DNA of 64,000 nt from an uncultured Lachnospiraceae bacterium (lineage in GTDB: Bacteria > Bacillota > Clostridia > Lachnospirales > Lachnospiraceae). The DNA lies in assembly GCA_947629385.1 (NCBI GenBank), contig CANRDO010000001.1:107535-171534 (forward strand). Reading direction: 5' to 3'. Each line of letters starts with the position of its first letter. The first letter of the stretch is position 1. The notes under the pieces were generated by a model. It did no database searches. It was not told the DNA's origin and saw only the letters and a list, made by a program, of their open reading frames with translations. Made by a program: the position numbers and the translations under genes. Below, in pieces: positions 9,598 to 18,792 of the stretch.

Positions 9598-10539
9598 ATG
9601 GAATACATCAAGGGAGTCACCTTTGCGGCGTTTGCGCCGCGGGGCGCGCTTTCAAAGGCCTGCGCCGGAGAAAGCCTGGAAGATCTTGCGAGGCGCACCG
9701 GGGCGAACATGATCATGCTGGTTCCGGCTGCCATGCAGGAGACGGCGCAGTCGGAAAAGATCGATTTTCATTCGGACGCCACAATGTCGGACGACGAGCT
9801 GAAAAGAACTATCGACCACGCGCAAAGACTTGGGCTTTGGGTGGCGCTGAAGCCCACCGTGAACTGCATCAACGGAACCTGGCGGGCGCATATCAATTTC
9901 TTTGATGAGGATGTCCCGTGCGAGCCGAAGTGGAGCAACTGGTTTGCTTCCTATACGGATTTCCAGCTCCATTTCGCGAAGATCGCGCAGGAGAGCGGCT
10001 GCAAAATGTTCCTGCCAGGATGCGAGATGGTTCAGAGCCAGCGCAGGGAAAAGGAATGGCGCGCTCTGCTGGGCGAGCTGCGGGGCGTATTCCACGGCTT
10101 GCTGTCCTACAATACGGATAAGTATCAGGAGCATAACGTCAGCTGGTGGGACGCGGTGGACGTGATCTCCTCCAGCGGCTATTATCCGCTCGAGGACTGG
10201 GAAAGGCAGCTGGATCGGATTGAGCCGGTGGTGAAAAAGTACGGAAAACCCTTCTTTTTCGCGGAGTGCGGCTGTATGTCTGTGGAGGGTTCCTCGCGGG
10301 TGCCGAACGACTGGGGCTTTGCGGGCGGCGTCTCTTTGGAGGAGCAGGCGAACTGGTATAGGGCTATGTTCACCGCCTGCAAAAAGCGCGACTGGGTAGA
10401 AGGCTTTGCGCTCTGGGACTGGAGCTGGCAGCTGTATCCGCTCGCGGACGCTCTGAACAATAAAGGATATGACATATACGGAAAGCCGGCGGAGCAGGTG
10501 GTGGCGCAATTTTATCAGAATCCGGATTCTTTCTGCTGA
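9598..10539 (+). CDS. clan GH-A (beta/alpha)8 glycosidase, GH113-like beta-mannanase/mannosidase (no signal peptide)
   Basis: 313 aa. KPTVNCINGTWRAHINFFDEDVPCEPKW, candidate acid/base motif LPGCEMV and candidate nucleophile motif FFFAECGC. Sits in a mannan-locus context. The family assignment is from memory of GH113 sequences. Confidence 0.6.
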   Translation: MEYIKGVTFAAFAPRGALSKACAGESLEDLARRTGANMIMLVPAAMQETAQSEKIDFHSDATMSDDELKRTIDHAQRLGLWVALKPTVNCINGTWRAHINFFDEDVPCEPKWSNWFASYTDFQLHFAKIAQESGCKMFLPGCEMVQSQRREKEWRALLGELRGVFHGLLSYNTDKYQEHNVSWWDAVDVISSSGYYPLEDWERQLDRIEPVVKKYGKPFFFAECGCMSVEGSSRVPNDWGFAGGVSLEEQANWYRAMFTACKKRDWVEGFALWDWSWQLYPLADALNNKGYDIYGKPAEQVVAQFYQNPDSFC

Positions 10540-10629
10540 ACGGTTCACTTTTAAAATTTTAAGCTTGGAATGGCATACGAAAGATGTTAATATTACAGAA
10601 AATGCCAGAAAGAGAGGTAAGCTTAAGTT

Positions 10630-11799
10630 ATGTTGGTTCAGGAAGTAAAAGAACATTTGACACAAAAACTCATTCCGTTCTGGAAGGGCATGAGGGACGA
10701 CGAACAAGGCGGATATTACGGCTATATGGGCTATGACCGGGCGATCGACAAAAAGGCCGTCAAGGGCTGTATCCTGAATAGCAGGATCCTGTGGTTTTTC
10801 TCGAACGCGGCGCTGCTTCTGAAGGATGATTCGGTGAAGGCTGAGGCGGATCACGCGTACGCTTTTCTGCGCGATTCTTTTGTGGACCGGGAGAACGGCG
10901 GCGTGTACTGGTCCGTCACCTATGACGGGAAAGTGGAAGAAGGGATGAAGCACACCTACTGTCAGGCGTTCGCGATCTACGGGCTCTCCTCCTACTACAG
11001 ACTCACGAAAAACGAGGAAGCTCTCTCGCTGGCGAAAGAGCTTTTTGCGGTGATCGAGGAGAAATGTACGGATCCGCTCGGTTATCTGGAGGCGTTCTCG
11101 CAGGATTTTCAGCCGGTGGACAATGAGAAGCTTTCCGAGAACGGCGTGATGGCGGAGAAGACGATGAACACGCTTTTGCATGTGTTCGAGGCCTACACGG
11201 AGCTCTACGACGTCTCGCGCGACGAGGCGGTGGGGGAGCGGCTGCGCCATATCCTGCGCCTGTTCGCTGACCGGGTCTACAATCCGTCGAAGCGCCGTCT
11301 GGAGGTGTTCTTTGACAAGGAGTGGAACACGCTGATCGACCTTCACTCCTTCGGACACGACGTCGAGTCGGCGTGGCTGATCGACCGGGGCTGCGATGTG
11401 CTGGGCGATGAGGCGCTTTCCGAGGAGATGCGGAAGATCACAAGAACGCTGACGGAATGTGTTTACGAGGAGGCGTACCGCAGCCATTCGCTCGCGAACG
11501 AGTGCGAGAACGGCAAGGTCGATACCACCCGCGTCTGGTGGGTGCAGGCGGAGGCGATCGTCGGATTCACGAACGCGTGGCAGCAGGACCCGTCCGGGCT
11601 GAAGTACATGCAGGCGGCCGAGGACATCTGGGGATTTGTGAAGGAGTACTTTGTGGACAAGAGAGAAGGCTCCGAGTGGTTCCGCGATCTGAAGGAGAAC
11701 GGAGAGATCACGGAGGAGGAGCCGATCGTGGATCCGTGGAAGTGCCCGTACCACAACGGCCGTATGTGCATGGAGGTCATCAAAAGACTGTCCAGATAA
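10630..11799 (+). CDS. AGE-family epimerase (cellobiose/mannobiose 2-epimerase-like)
   Basis: 389 aa. LIPFWKGMRDDEQGGYYGYM..., ILNSRILWFFS, WWVQAEAIVGF and PWKCPYHNGRMC are typical of N-acylglucosamine/cellobiose 2-epimerases. Confidence 0.8.
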   Translation: MLVQEVKEHLTQKLIPFWKGMRDDEQGGYYGYMGYDRAIDKKAVKGCILNSRILWFFSNAALLLKDDSVKAEADHAYAFLRDSFVDRENGGVYWSVTYDGKVEEGMKHTYCQAFAIYGLSSYYRLTKNEEALSLAKELFAVIEEKCTDPLGYLEAFSQDFQPVDNEKLSENGVMAEKTMNTLLHVFEAYTELYDVSRDEAVGERLRHILRLFADRVYNPSKRRLEVFFDKEWNTLIDLHSFGHDVESAWLIDRGCDVLGDEALSEEMRKITRTLTECVYEEAYRSHSLANECENGKVDTTRVWWVQAEAIVGFTNAWQQDPSGLKYMQAAEDIWGFVKEYFVDKREGSEWFRDLKENGEITEEEPIVDPWKCPYHNGRMCMEVIKRLSR

Positions 11800-11906
11800 C
11801 GTTTGACCGGGATGCTGACATCGAAGGTATTTAAGCTGCAGAGCGGACGGAATTTGCCTGCGAGCGGTGAGAAGAATAAAATAAATTCAGATGCGAGGTA
11901 GAAAAA

Positions 11907-13040
11907 ATGCTGGTAAGACCTGATCATGAATACCTGCAGTACAGCGGCAGGATCGACGACACGAACCCCGGCGCGTACATGTTCATTTATCCGGCGACGC
12001 TGGTGAACATCCGCTTTCGGGGCACAAAGATCAGCGTGTATCTGGAAAATCAAAGGCAATACTGGGGTAATTACATGGGAGTTCTTCTGGACGGCGTGCA
12101 GAGTACGCTTTGTCTCTCGAAAGGAGAGGACGACGTGCAGGGCGATCCGGTCGAGGCTTCACCGGAGATGGCGGCCTGCCTTTTGGGAGGTGCGGCCTGC
12201 GGGTGCTCGGGTGTGAGACGCTTCGTGCTGGCGGAGGATCTGGAAGATACCGAGCACAGCCTGACATTTTTCAAGCGGCAGGACTCCTGCAACATGGTAC
12301 TCTTTCATGGTTTTGAACTGCCGGAGGGATCGGAGGTTCTGCCTCCGGTGCCGAAGCCGGAGCGCAGGATCGAGGTCTACGGTGATTCCGTGTCTGCGGG
12401 CGAGGTGTCCGAAGCGGTGGAGTACACCGGGAAGCCGGATCCGGAACACAACGGCGAGTATTCCAATGTCTGGTATTCTTATGCGTGGATGACTGCGCGC
12501 AAGCTGAACGCTGAGCTTCACGACATCGCGCAGGGCGGGATCGCGCTGCTCGATCGGACGGGGTATTTCAACGCGCCGGAGCTTACCGGTATGGAGCATG
12601 TGTGGGACAAGATGCAGTTCAATCCTGCGTTCGGCGAGGTGACGGACTGGGATTTCAGCCGCTATACGCCGCAGGTGGTCGTCGTCGCGATCGGGCAGAA
12701 CGACAATCACCCGGAGGATTACATGAAGGATGATTTCCAGGGGGAAAAAGCAGCTGTCTGGAAAAGGCACTACAAAATGCTGATTGAAAATATCCGAGGG
12801 AAGTACCCGCAGGCGCTGATCGTCCTCGCCACGACCATTCTGGAGCACGACAGGGGTTGGGACGACGCCATCGACGAAGTCTGCGAGGCGCTCGGCGACG
12901 ACAGGATCGTGCATTTCCTCTATAAGAGAAACGGCTGCGGGACGCCGGGACATATCCGCATCGGCGAGGCGGAGGAGATGTCGGACGAGCTGGCGGCGTT
13001 TATCGAGGAGCAGGCGAAGCGCAAGGGCTGCTTTGCCTGA
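11907..13040 (+). CDS. SGNH/GDSL hydrolase with N-terminal beta-sandwich, CE2-like acetyl(manno)oligosaccharide esterase
   Basis: 377 aa. Block I VYGDSVSAGE, block III AIGQNDN. About 150 aa of N-terminal domain, as in CE2 enzymes. Confidence 0.65.
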   Translation: MLVRPDHEYLQYSGRIDDTNPGAYMFIYPATLVNIRFRGTKISVYLENQRQYWGNYMGVLLDGVQSTLCLSKGEDDVQGDPVEASPEMAACLLGGAACGCSGVRRFVLAEDLEDTEHSLTFFKRQDSCNMVLFHGFELPEGSEVLPPVPKPERRIEVYGDSVSAGEVSEAVEYTGKPDPEHNGEYSNVWYSYAWMTARKLNAELHDIAQGGIALLDRTGYFNAPELTGMEHVWDKMQFNPAFGEVTDWDFSRYTPQVVVVAIGQNDNHPEDYMKDDFQGEKAAVWKRHYKMLIENIRGKYPQALIVLATTILEHDRGWDDAIDEVCEALGDDRIVHFLYKRNGCGTPGHIRIGEAEEMSDELAAFIEEQAKRKGCFA

Positions 13041-13063
13041 CAGATACGCAGTACGGAGGGAGT

Positions 13064-14071
13064 ATGGGAGAGGAGAGAAAACAGCGCGCGGTGACGCAGA
13101 CGGATATTGCCCGCGAGCTGAACGTCAGTGTGGTGAGCGTGTCCATCGCCCTGAACGGACGAAAAGGCGTCAGCGCGGAGCTTCGCCAGAAAATCCTCGA
13201 CGCTGCGGAGGAGATGGGATACGAGGGGGCGGTGGGACAGCCTCAGAAGAAGGACGCCATGATCCGGATCGGGGTGCTGATCTCCAGGCGATATCTGAGG
13301 TATACGCCGTCCTTTTACATGAACGTCTACCAGGAGATCGTGATCGCGGCGCTGGAAAAGAAGAGCATGACATTTCTGGAAATATTGGATCCGGAGGACG
13401 AGGAGAGCCTGAAGCTGCCGAAGCTGCTGGACGACCAGGTGAACGGAATTCTGGTGCTCGGGGAGCTGAGTCACGCCTATACGGAGGCGATACAGAACGA
13501 AAGCAGGGTTCCGGTTATTTTTGTGGACTACTACCAGCCGATTGGGGATGCCGATTTTATCATCAGCGACGGTTATGCGGGGGCATATCGGCTGACGAGG
13601 ATGATGCTGGAGGCCGGTTATCGGAAGATTGCTTTTGTGGGAACACTCCAGGCGACGTCCAGCATCCGGGATCGTTTTTTCGGATATCGGAAAGCGCTGA
13701 TGGAAAACCGGAGCGAACCCCGGCCGGATTGGATCATTCCGGATCGGATCGCGTTCGACGCGGATATTTTTATGAATCTGCCGGAGGAGATGCCGGAGGC
13801 GTTTTTCTGCAACTGCGATGTGACGGCGGCTTTTCTCATCGAGAAGCTTCGTCAGAACGGTTATCGGGTGCCGGAGGACGTTGGCGTGGCGGGCTTCGAC
13901 CATTTCTATATGAATAAGATCGATGGCATTGAGCTGACTACGTACGACGTCAATATAGAAGCGATGGCCAGGATCAGTGTGAATATGCTTCTGCGGAAGA
14001 TCAACCAGACGCATTTCGTGTCCCGCATGAGCGTCGTCACCGGAAAGATCATACGAGGGAACAGCTTCTAG
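13064..14071 (+). CDS. LacI family transcriptional regulator
   Basis: HTH VTQTDIARELNVSVVSVSIALNG plus a periplasmic-binding-protein fold. Confidence 0.85.
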   Translation: MGEERKQRAVTQTDIARELNVSVVSVSIALNGRKGVSAELRQKILDAAEEMGYEGAVGQPQKKDAMIRIGVLISRRYLRYTPSFYMNVYQEIVIAALEKKSMTFLEILDPEDEESLKLPKLLDDQVNGILVLGELSHAYTEAIQNESRVPVIFVDYYQPIGDADFIISDGYAGAYRLTRMMLEAGYRKIAFVGTLQATSSIRDRFFGYRKALMENRSEPRPDWIIPDRIAFDADIFMNLPEEMPEAFFCNCDVTAAFLIEKLRQNGYRVPEDVGVAGFDHFYMNKIDGIELTTYDVNIEAMARISVNMLLRKINQTHFVSRMSVVTGKIIRGNSF

Positions 14072-14087
14072 GAGAAAAGGAAACAAA

Positions 14088-15131
14088 ATGGAGAACAGCA
14101 CGGAAAAGAACGTTACCTTGAAAGATATCGCAGAGGCGATGCAGGTCAGCATCGTGACGGTGTCGAACGCGCTGGCCGGCCGCAGCGGAGTGGGCGAAGG
14201 GCTGCGCATGGAGATCGAGAAAAAGGCGCAGGAGATGGGTTACCGCAGGAAAACGCGCAGGGAAAAAAGACCTTCTTCCAAAAGCAGGGTATACCGGGCG
14301 GGGATGAGGATCGGCGTGACTGTGGAGGGCAAAATTCTAAAGAAATACACGTCCTTCTACTGGGAAATGTACCAGCGGGTCGTCGTGGCCGCGTCCGCGC
14401 TGGGCTGCTTTGTCTCGCTCGAGGTTCTGACGGACGAGCAGGAGCGGCGGCAGGAAATGCCCCTGTTGGTGGGCGACGAGGGGATAGGCGGACTGATCAT
14501 CCTTGGAATGCCGGAAAAGGCGTATCTGAGAAAGTTGTGCCAGACGGCAGTATGCCCGGTTCTTTTTCTTGATTTCGTTGACGACGAGCTGCCGTGCGAC
14601 GCGGTTATCTCAAATGGCTTTCACGGAATGTATCAGATGACAAATTATCTGATCGATCTGGGCCATACCGAGATTGGATTCATCGGAAACTATCTTGCGA
14701 CGGGCAGCATCATGGATCGCTATCAGGGATTCTGCAAATCCCTATTGGAGCATGGGATCAGCGAGAACAGGGAATGGATCCTGTCGGATCGGGATCCGGC
14801 GACGGGAAAGGTAGGGATTCGGCTTCCGGATCGCCTGCCGACCGCTTTTGTCTGCAACTGTGATTTTACCGCAGGAATGGCAGCGGAACTTCTTGCCGAG
14901 GCAGGATATCGGATTCCGGAGGACATTTCGCTTGTCGGGTTCGACGATTTCCTGGTGGGCGGGAGCCTGCAGGGAAAGCTGACGACCTACGCCGTGGACA
15001 TGGACGCGATGGCGCACCAGGGGTTGAAGCTGCTGCTCAGAAGGATCAATGAAGGGGCGCAGGAACGGACGGTACGCATGGTCGATGGTAAAATGGTGAT
15101 CCGGCAGAGCGCGAGACGGCTTGAGAAATGA
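14088..15131 (+). CDS. LacI family transcriptional regulator (second, tandem)
   Basis: HTH VTLKDIAEAMQVSIVTVSNALAG plus a sugar-binding fold. Confidence 0.85.
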   Translation: MENSTEKNVTLKDIAEAMQVSIVTVSNALAGRSGVGEGLRMEIEKKAQEMGYRRKTRREKRPSSKSRVYRAGMRIGVTVEGKILKKYTSFYWEMYQRVVVAASALGCFVSLEVLTDEQERRQEMPLLVGDEGIGGLIILGMPEKAYLRKLCQTAVCPVLFLDFVDDELPCDAVISNGFHGMYQMTNYLIDLGHTEIGFIGNYLATGSIMDRYQGFCKSLLEHGISENREWILSDRDPATGKVGIRLPDRLPTAFVCNCDFTAGMAAELLAEAGYRIPEDISLVGFDDFLVGGSLQGKLTTYAVDMDAMAHQGLKLLLRRINEGAQERTVRMVDGKMVIRQSARRLEK

Positions 15132-15154
15132 TAGAGATCAAAAAGGAGAACATT

Positions 15155-16111
15155 ATGCAGACTACAGTAAATCCAAACGCGACAAAAGAAGCCAGAGAGC
15201 TTCTGAATTATCTCTCGGACATAGCAGGGAAGAAGATCATCACGGGACAGCACACGCAGACGAACCCGATGGAGGAAGCGCGGTACATTCTCGAAAAGAC
15301 GGGAAAGCTGCCGAAGCTGTTCGGCTTTGAGCTGCTGGCCTATTCTCCGAACATCAACTACGACGACGCGTCCGAGGAATGCCTGACAGAGATTTATGAG
15401 GACAGAGGCACGCTGGACACGGCCATGAAGCTGGCGAAAAATTCCGACGTGATCCTCACGTTCACCTTCCACTGGTACTCGCCGCTCGGGGGCAGGGACA
15501 AGAGCTTCTATGCCGAGCACACGGATTTTGACGCGTCGAAGGTCCTCGTTGAGGGAACCCCGGAGCGGGCCGCCTTTTATCACGACATGGACGCCATCGC
15601 GGAGCACCTGAAGAAATTCCGGGATGAGAAGATTCCGATTCTCTGGAGACCGTTCCACGAGTCGGACGGACAGTGGTTCTGGTGGGGCGCGAAGGGACCG
15701 GAGGTCGCGCGGGAACTCTATAAGCTGATGTTCCAATATTATACGGAGCACCATCATCTCGACAATCTGCTCTGGGTGTGGAACTGCCCGCTCGCCGAGG
15801 GCTATCCGGGGGACGAGTATGTCGATGTGATATCGATGGACATCTATCTGACCGAATACGCGCCGACGGATTATTCGAAGGAGTATGAAAGGTTGATCGC
15901 GCAGACCACAGACAAGAAAGTCGCAGCGCTCGCGGAGATCGGCTACCTTCCGGATATCAGGATGCTGGAGCAGTCGCACACGCCTTGGGCGTACTACATG
16001 ACCTGGTCCCACGAGTTCTGCATCGGGGAGAAGTTCAACAAGACCGACGCGCTGAAGGCGATCTACGAGAGCGAGTATGCGGTCACGTCGGACCTGGAGC
16101 GGCTGCCGTAA
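15155..16111 (+). CDS. GH26 beta-mannanase (intracellular, no signal peptide)
   Basis: WRPFHESDGQWFWWGAKG is the GH26 signature around the acid/base Glu. I prefer ATG 15155 (preceded by GGAG) over ATG 15128. Confidence 0.8.
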   Translation: MQTTVNPNATKEARELLNYLSDIAGKKIITGQHTQTNPMEEARYILEKTGKLPKLFGFELLAYSPNINYDDASEECLTEIYEDRGTLDTAMKLAKNSDVILTFTFHWYSPLGGRDKSFYAEHTDFDASKVLVEGTPERAAFYHDMDAIAEHLKKFRDEKIPILWRPFHESDGQWFWWGAKGPEVARELYKLMFQYYTEHHHLDNLLWVWNCPLAEGYPGDEYVDVISMDIYLTEYAPTDYSKEYERLIAQTTDKKVAALAEIGYLPDIRMLEQSHTPWAYYMTWSHEFCIGEKFNKTDALKAIYESEYAVTSDLERLP

Positions 16112-16363
16112 GCTGTTATGGAGTGGTTGCCGCAGATTGCGGAGTGACCGCCGCAGGCTATGGAGCGGCTGTATGCCACGCAAACAAATTTCAGAAAGAA
16201 GTCAAGATGACTATTTTGCGAGACAGGCTCTTAAAGTATGGATTCCATATTTTTGGGAGTCTGTTTTTTGAAAAAACGCTTAAAAGGAAATACGTATGGC
16301 TTGTCTTGTTTTATGACGTATGATATGATGTGATAAGAATTAAGGTAGAGAGAGGAAAAAAAG

Positions 16364-17464
16364 TTGAATAATAAATCTCAGTTAAAAGAAATAAAGATTT
16401 GCGGATATAAATCTTTAGGGACGGATATACGGCCAATCGAATTGGAGCTGAATGATTTAAATATTGTAATAGGAGCAAATGGCGCCGGAAAAAGTAATTT
16501 TATCTCTTTTTTTAGGATGCTTTCAAATATAATGACAGGTGCACTGCAAGTCTATGTTGGAAAAAACGGATCGGCGGAGTCTTTGTTGCAGTTTGGGTCA
16601 AAAAAAACGAAGATGATTTCCGCAAGTTTGAAGTTTAGAAACAAGAAATTTACTGATACCTACGAGTTTTCTCTGGTGAAAGCAGTCAATGATACACTGA
16701 TTTTTGCGGAGGAAACGATCATTACCGATAAGCAAAAATTTGAACTGCACAGCGGGCAAAAGGAAAGCTTTTTACTGACAGAAGAAGCATCTCATAAAAG
16801 TGAGCGTGCTGTTCGTGCGATACTTTCCGGCTGCAAGACGTTTCAATTTCATGACACATCACCAGAAGCGCACATTAGAAATGCCGCGTATCTGGACAAT
16901 AATCGCTTTTTGATGAGTGACGGTGGGAACGTTGCGGCATATTTATATATGCTCAAACTGAAATATGGGCAATACTATGATCGGATTGTGGAACATGTTC
17001 GATATGTAATGCCGACTTTTCAGGATTTCTTGCTCGAGCCGCAAACTTTGAATCCCCAATGGATCAAACTTCAATGGTTCGAAAAAGGAAACAGTGAATA
17101 TGTGTTTGGACCAGAGCACTTTTCAGATGGCACGCTGCGGTTTATTGCCTTAGCAACGTTGCTTTTGCAGCCTCCGGATCTTTTGCCACAGGTGATATTT
17201 ATAGATGAGCCGGAATTGGGACTTCATCCGCAGGCGGTAGACGTATTGGCATCTATGGTACAAAAGGCAAGAGAATATACACAGGTGATTATGGCAACAC
17301 AGTCCCCAAGACTAGTGGATAATTTTGAGTGCAGGGATATTATTGTAGCAGAAAGGGACAGGGAGACGGGAAACACAACATTAAAACGTTTGGAGGAAGA
17401 TGATTTGAAGATTTGGCTTGAAGATTACAGCCTTTCTCAGATTTGGGAGAAGAATATACTCTAA
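16364..17464 (+). CDS. soluble ABC-type / OLD-like AAA ATPase (AAA_15/AAA_21-like)
   Basis: 366 aa. Walker A GANGAGKSN, signature-like SDGTLRF, Walker B/D-loop IFIDEPELGLHP, H-loop region MATQSP. No TM segments. TTG start after GAGAGG. Confidence 0.8.
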   Translation: MNNKSQLKEIKICGYKSLGTDIRPIELELNDLNIVIGANGAGKSNFISFFRMLSNIMTGALQVYVGKNGSAESLLQFGSKKTKMISASLKFRNKKFTDTYEFSLVKAVNDTLIFAEETIITDKQKFELHSGQKESFLLTEEASHKSERAVRAILSGCKTFQFHDTSPEAHIRNAAYLDNNRFLMSDGGNVAAYLYMLKLKYGQYYDRIVEHVRYVMPTFQDFLLEPQTLNPQWIKLQWFEKGNSEYVFGPEHFSDGTLRFIALATLLLQPPDLLPQVIFIDEPELGLHPQAVDVLASMVQKAREYTQVIMATQSPRLVDNFECRDIIVAERDRETGNTTLKRLEEDDLKIWLEDYSLSQIWEKNIL

Positions 17465-18045
17465 TTCCTAACACGGTTATTACAAGTACTGACAGAAAGC
17501 ATGGAAGGATATATAAAGGTGGAGTGGTAAATTATGAGCAAATTAGAAATACGATGCTGAAAACATTGGCTGTTGCATCAAAAAATAGAGATTCTTATGT
17601 GACGACGATGTTTGATTTTTATAAGTTGCCGGCAGATGTACCCGGAGTTGCTGATATTGAAAAAATAAATGATCCGTATGAAAAAGTGAGACATATAGAG
17701 AGACAAATACAGAAAGCAGAGGAATACGGGGAAGGTTTCTTTTTTCCATACATTGAATTGCATGAGTTTGAAGCAATGATTTTCTCTGATTTATCAAAAC
17801 TGAAGGAGACATATTTTGAATATGATCTTGAAGCGTTGGAAGAATGTGTTAAAGAGCAAAATAATCCGGAATTAATTAACAGCGGAATAGAAACTGCACC
17901 TTCAAAACGGATCATTAATTGTATTGACTGTTATGATAAGGCAAATGTAGGAGTAGATGTGCTTGCAAAAATCGGAGTCCAAAACATAGCAGAAAAATGT
18001 CATCATTTTTCAGAATGGCTAAAGCGTATTGAAGGGAAACTTTGA
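17443..18045 (+). CDS. DUF4276-like protein (apparently N-terminally truncated)
   Basis: 200 aa. YVTTMFDFYKLP, FFPYIELHEFEAMIFSD, TAPSKRII and KCHHFSEWLKRIE match my recollection of DUF4276. TTG start overlaps the ATPase gene by 22 nt. The frame opens only at 17422. Confidence 0.6.
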   Translation: MGEEYTLIPNTVITSTDRKHGRIYKGGVVNYEQIRNTMLKTLAVASKNRDSYVTTMFDFYKLPADVPGVADIEKINDPYEKVRHIERQIQKAEEYGEGFFFPYIELHEFEAMIFSDLSKLKETYFEYDLEALEECVKEQNNPELINSGIETAPSKRIINCIDCYDKANVGVDVLAKIGVQNIAEKCHHFSEWLKRIEGKL

Positions 18046-18208
18046 CTTCTCCGTCGGAAAGCATATGAAAGCTATGATATACTATTAATCATACTGACAA
18101 CTGCTTCGCAGCAACGCTCATTTACTGTACAAGTATGCCGCGAACGGGGGAATACAGATTGCCTGAGTTTTTCGTGACAGATGAAATTTTGTCGCTAATT
18201 AGGAGTAG

Positions 18209-18244
18209 GAGAGGGCATTGTGCGTGACACCCTCTCTTTTTTTT
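18209..18244 (+). terminator. rho-independent terminator after the ATPase/DUF4276 pair
   Basis: gagaggg (18209-18215) pairs with ccctctc (18230-18236), followed by T8. Confidence 0.7.
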
Positions 18245-18273
18245 GCTGTGTTATAGGTGATGAGAATAAGTGC

Positions 18274-18513
18274 CTATCGTAACAGCTCATCAACAGTAAT
18301 ATCCAGTACTTGGGAAATAATCTTCAATTCGATATCTGTGACAAATCTTTTGCCGGCTTCAATCCGTTGCACAGCGTTCTTGTCGATGTCAAGGCCGGCA
18401 ATCTGGAGACGGTCGGCAAGCGCGCGTTGCGATATTTTCAGATTGGATCGTAAAACAGCGATTTTTTCGCCGCATAAATTGTTTTTTCCATCACTCGTCT
18501 TATTTATGAACAT
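18274..18513 (-). CDS. XRE-family helix-turn-helix transcriptional regulator
   Basis: LRSNLKISQRALADRLQIAGLDIDKNAVQRIEAGKRFVTDIEL. ATG at 18513 lies 7 nt after GGGGG. The longer 97-aa ORF start is rejected. Confidence 0.8.
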   Translation of the reverse strand: MFINKTSDGKNNLCGEKIAVLRSNLKISQRALADRLQIAGLDIDKNAVQRIEAGKRFVTDIELKIISQVLDITVDELLR

Positions 18514-18792
18514 AAAATAACCCCCTTGGTAATTATCTGCATAAACAGTATAAAAAGTATATTGCAAAGGTTGTGTAGTTGCAAAACATATAGTAAAATT
18601 ATAAAAAAATTCGTAGCTGAGTTGTTAAAAAGTTGAAGCCCGGACTTGCAGTATATTTTTATCGGTCAGATGAAAAAGCCGATAAAAGTACGGATAAAGT
18701 ATGGATAATAATTCTGAAGGACGGTATACCGTGCCATTCGGAAGCAGTTGAACTCGGGAGATACGAAGTAGTGGAAAGGGCTTTTGAAACAT

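Noticed and set aside
9652-11754. 700-aa minus-strand ORF spanning the GH113-like and epimerase genes
   Set aside because: It is a shadow ORF opposite two genes with clear family motifs. It has R/L/H-rich composition and crosses an intergenic region without any gene signals.
16095-16174. Three imperfect TGGAGYGGYTG copies as an attachment site or target-site duplication of the islet
   Set aside because: No matching copy was found at the right islet boundary (about 20080-20100). Spacing is irregular (24 and 42 nt). It is more simply explained as local duplication of the GH26 3' end.
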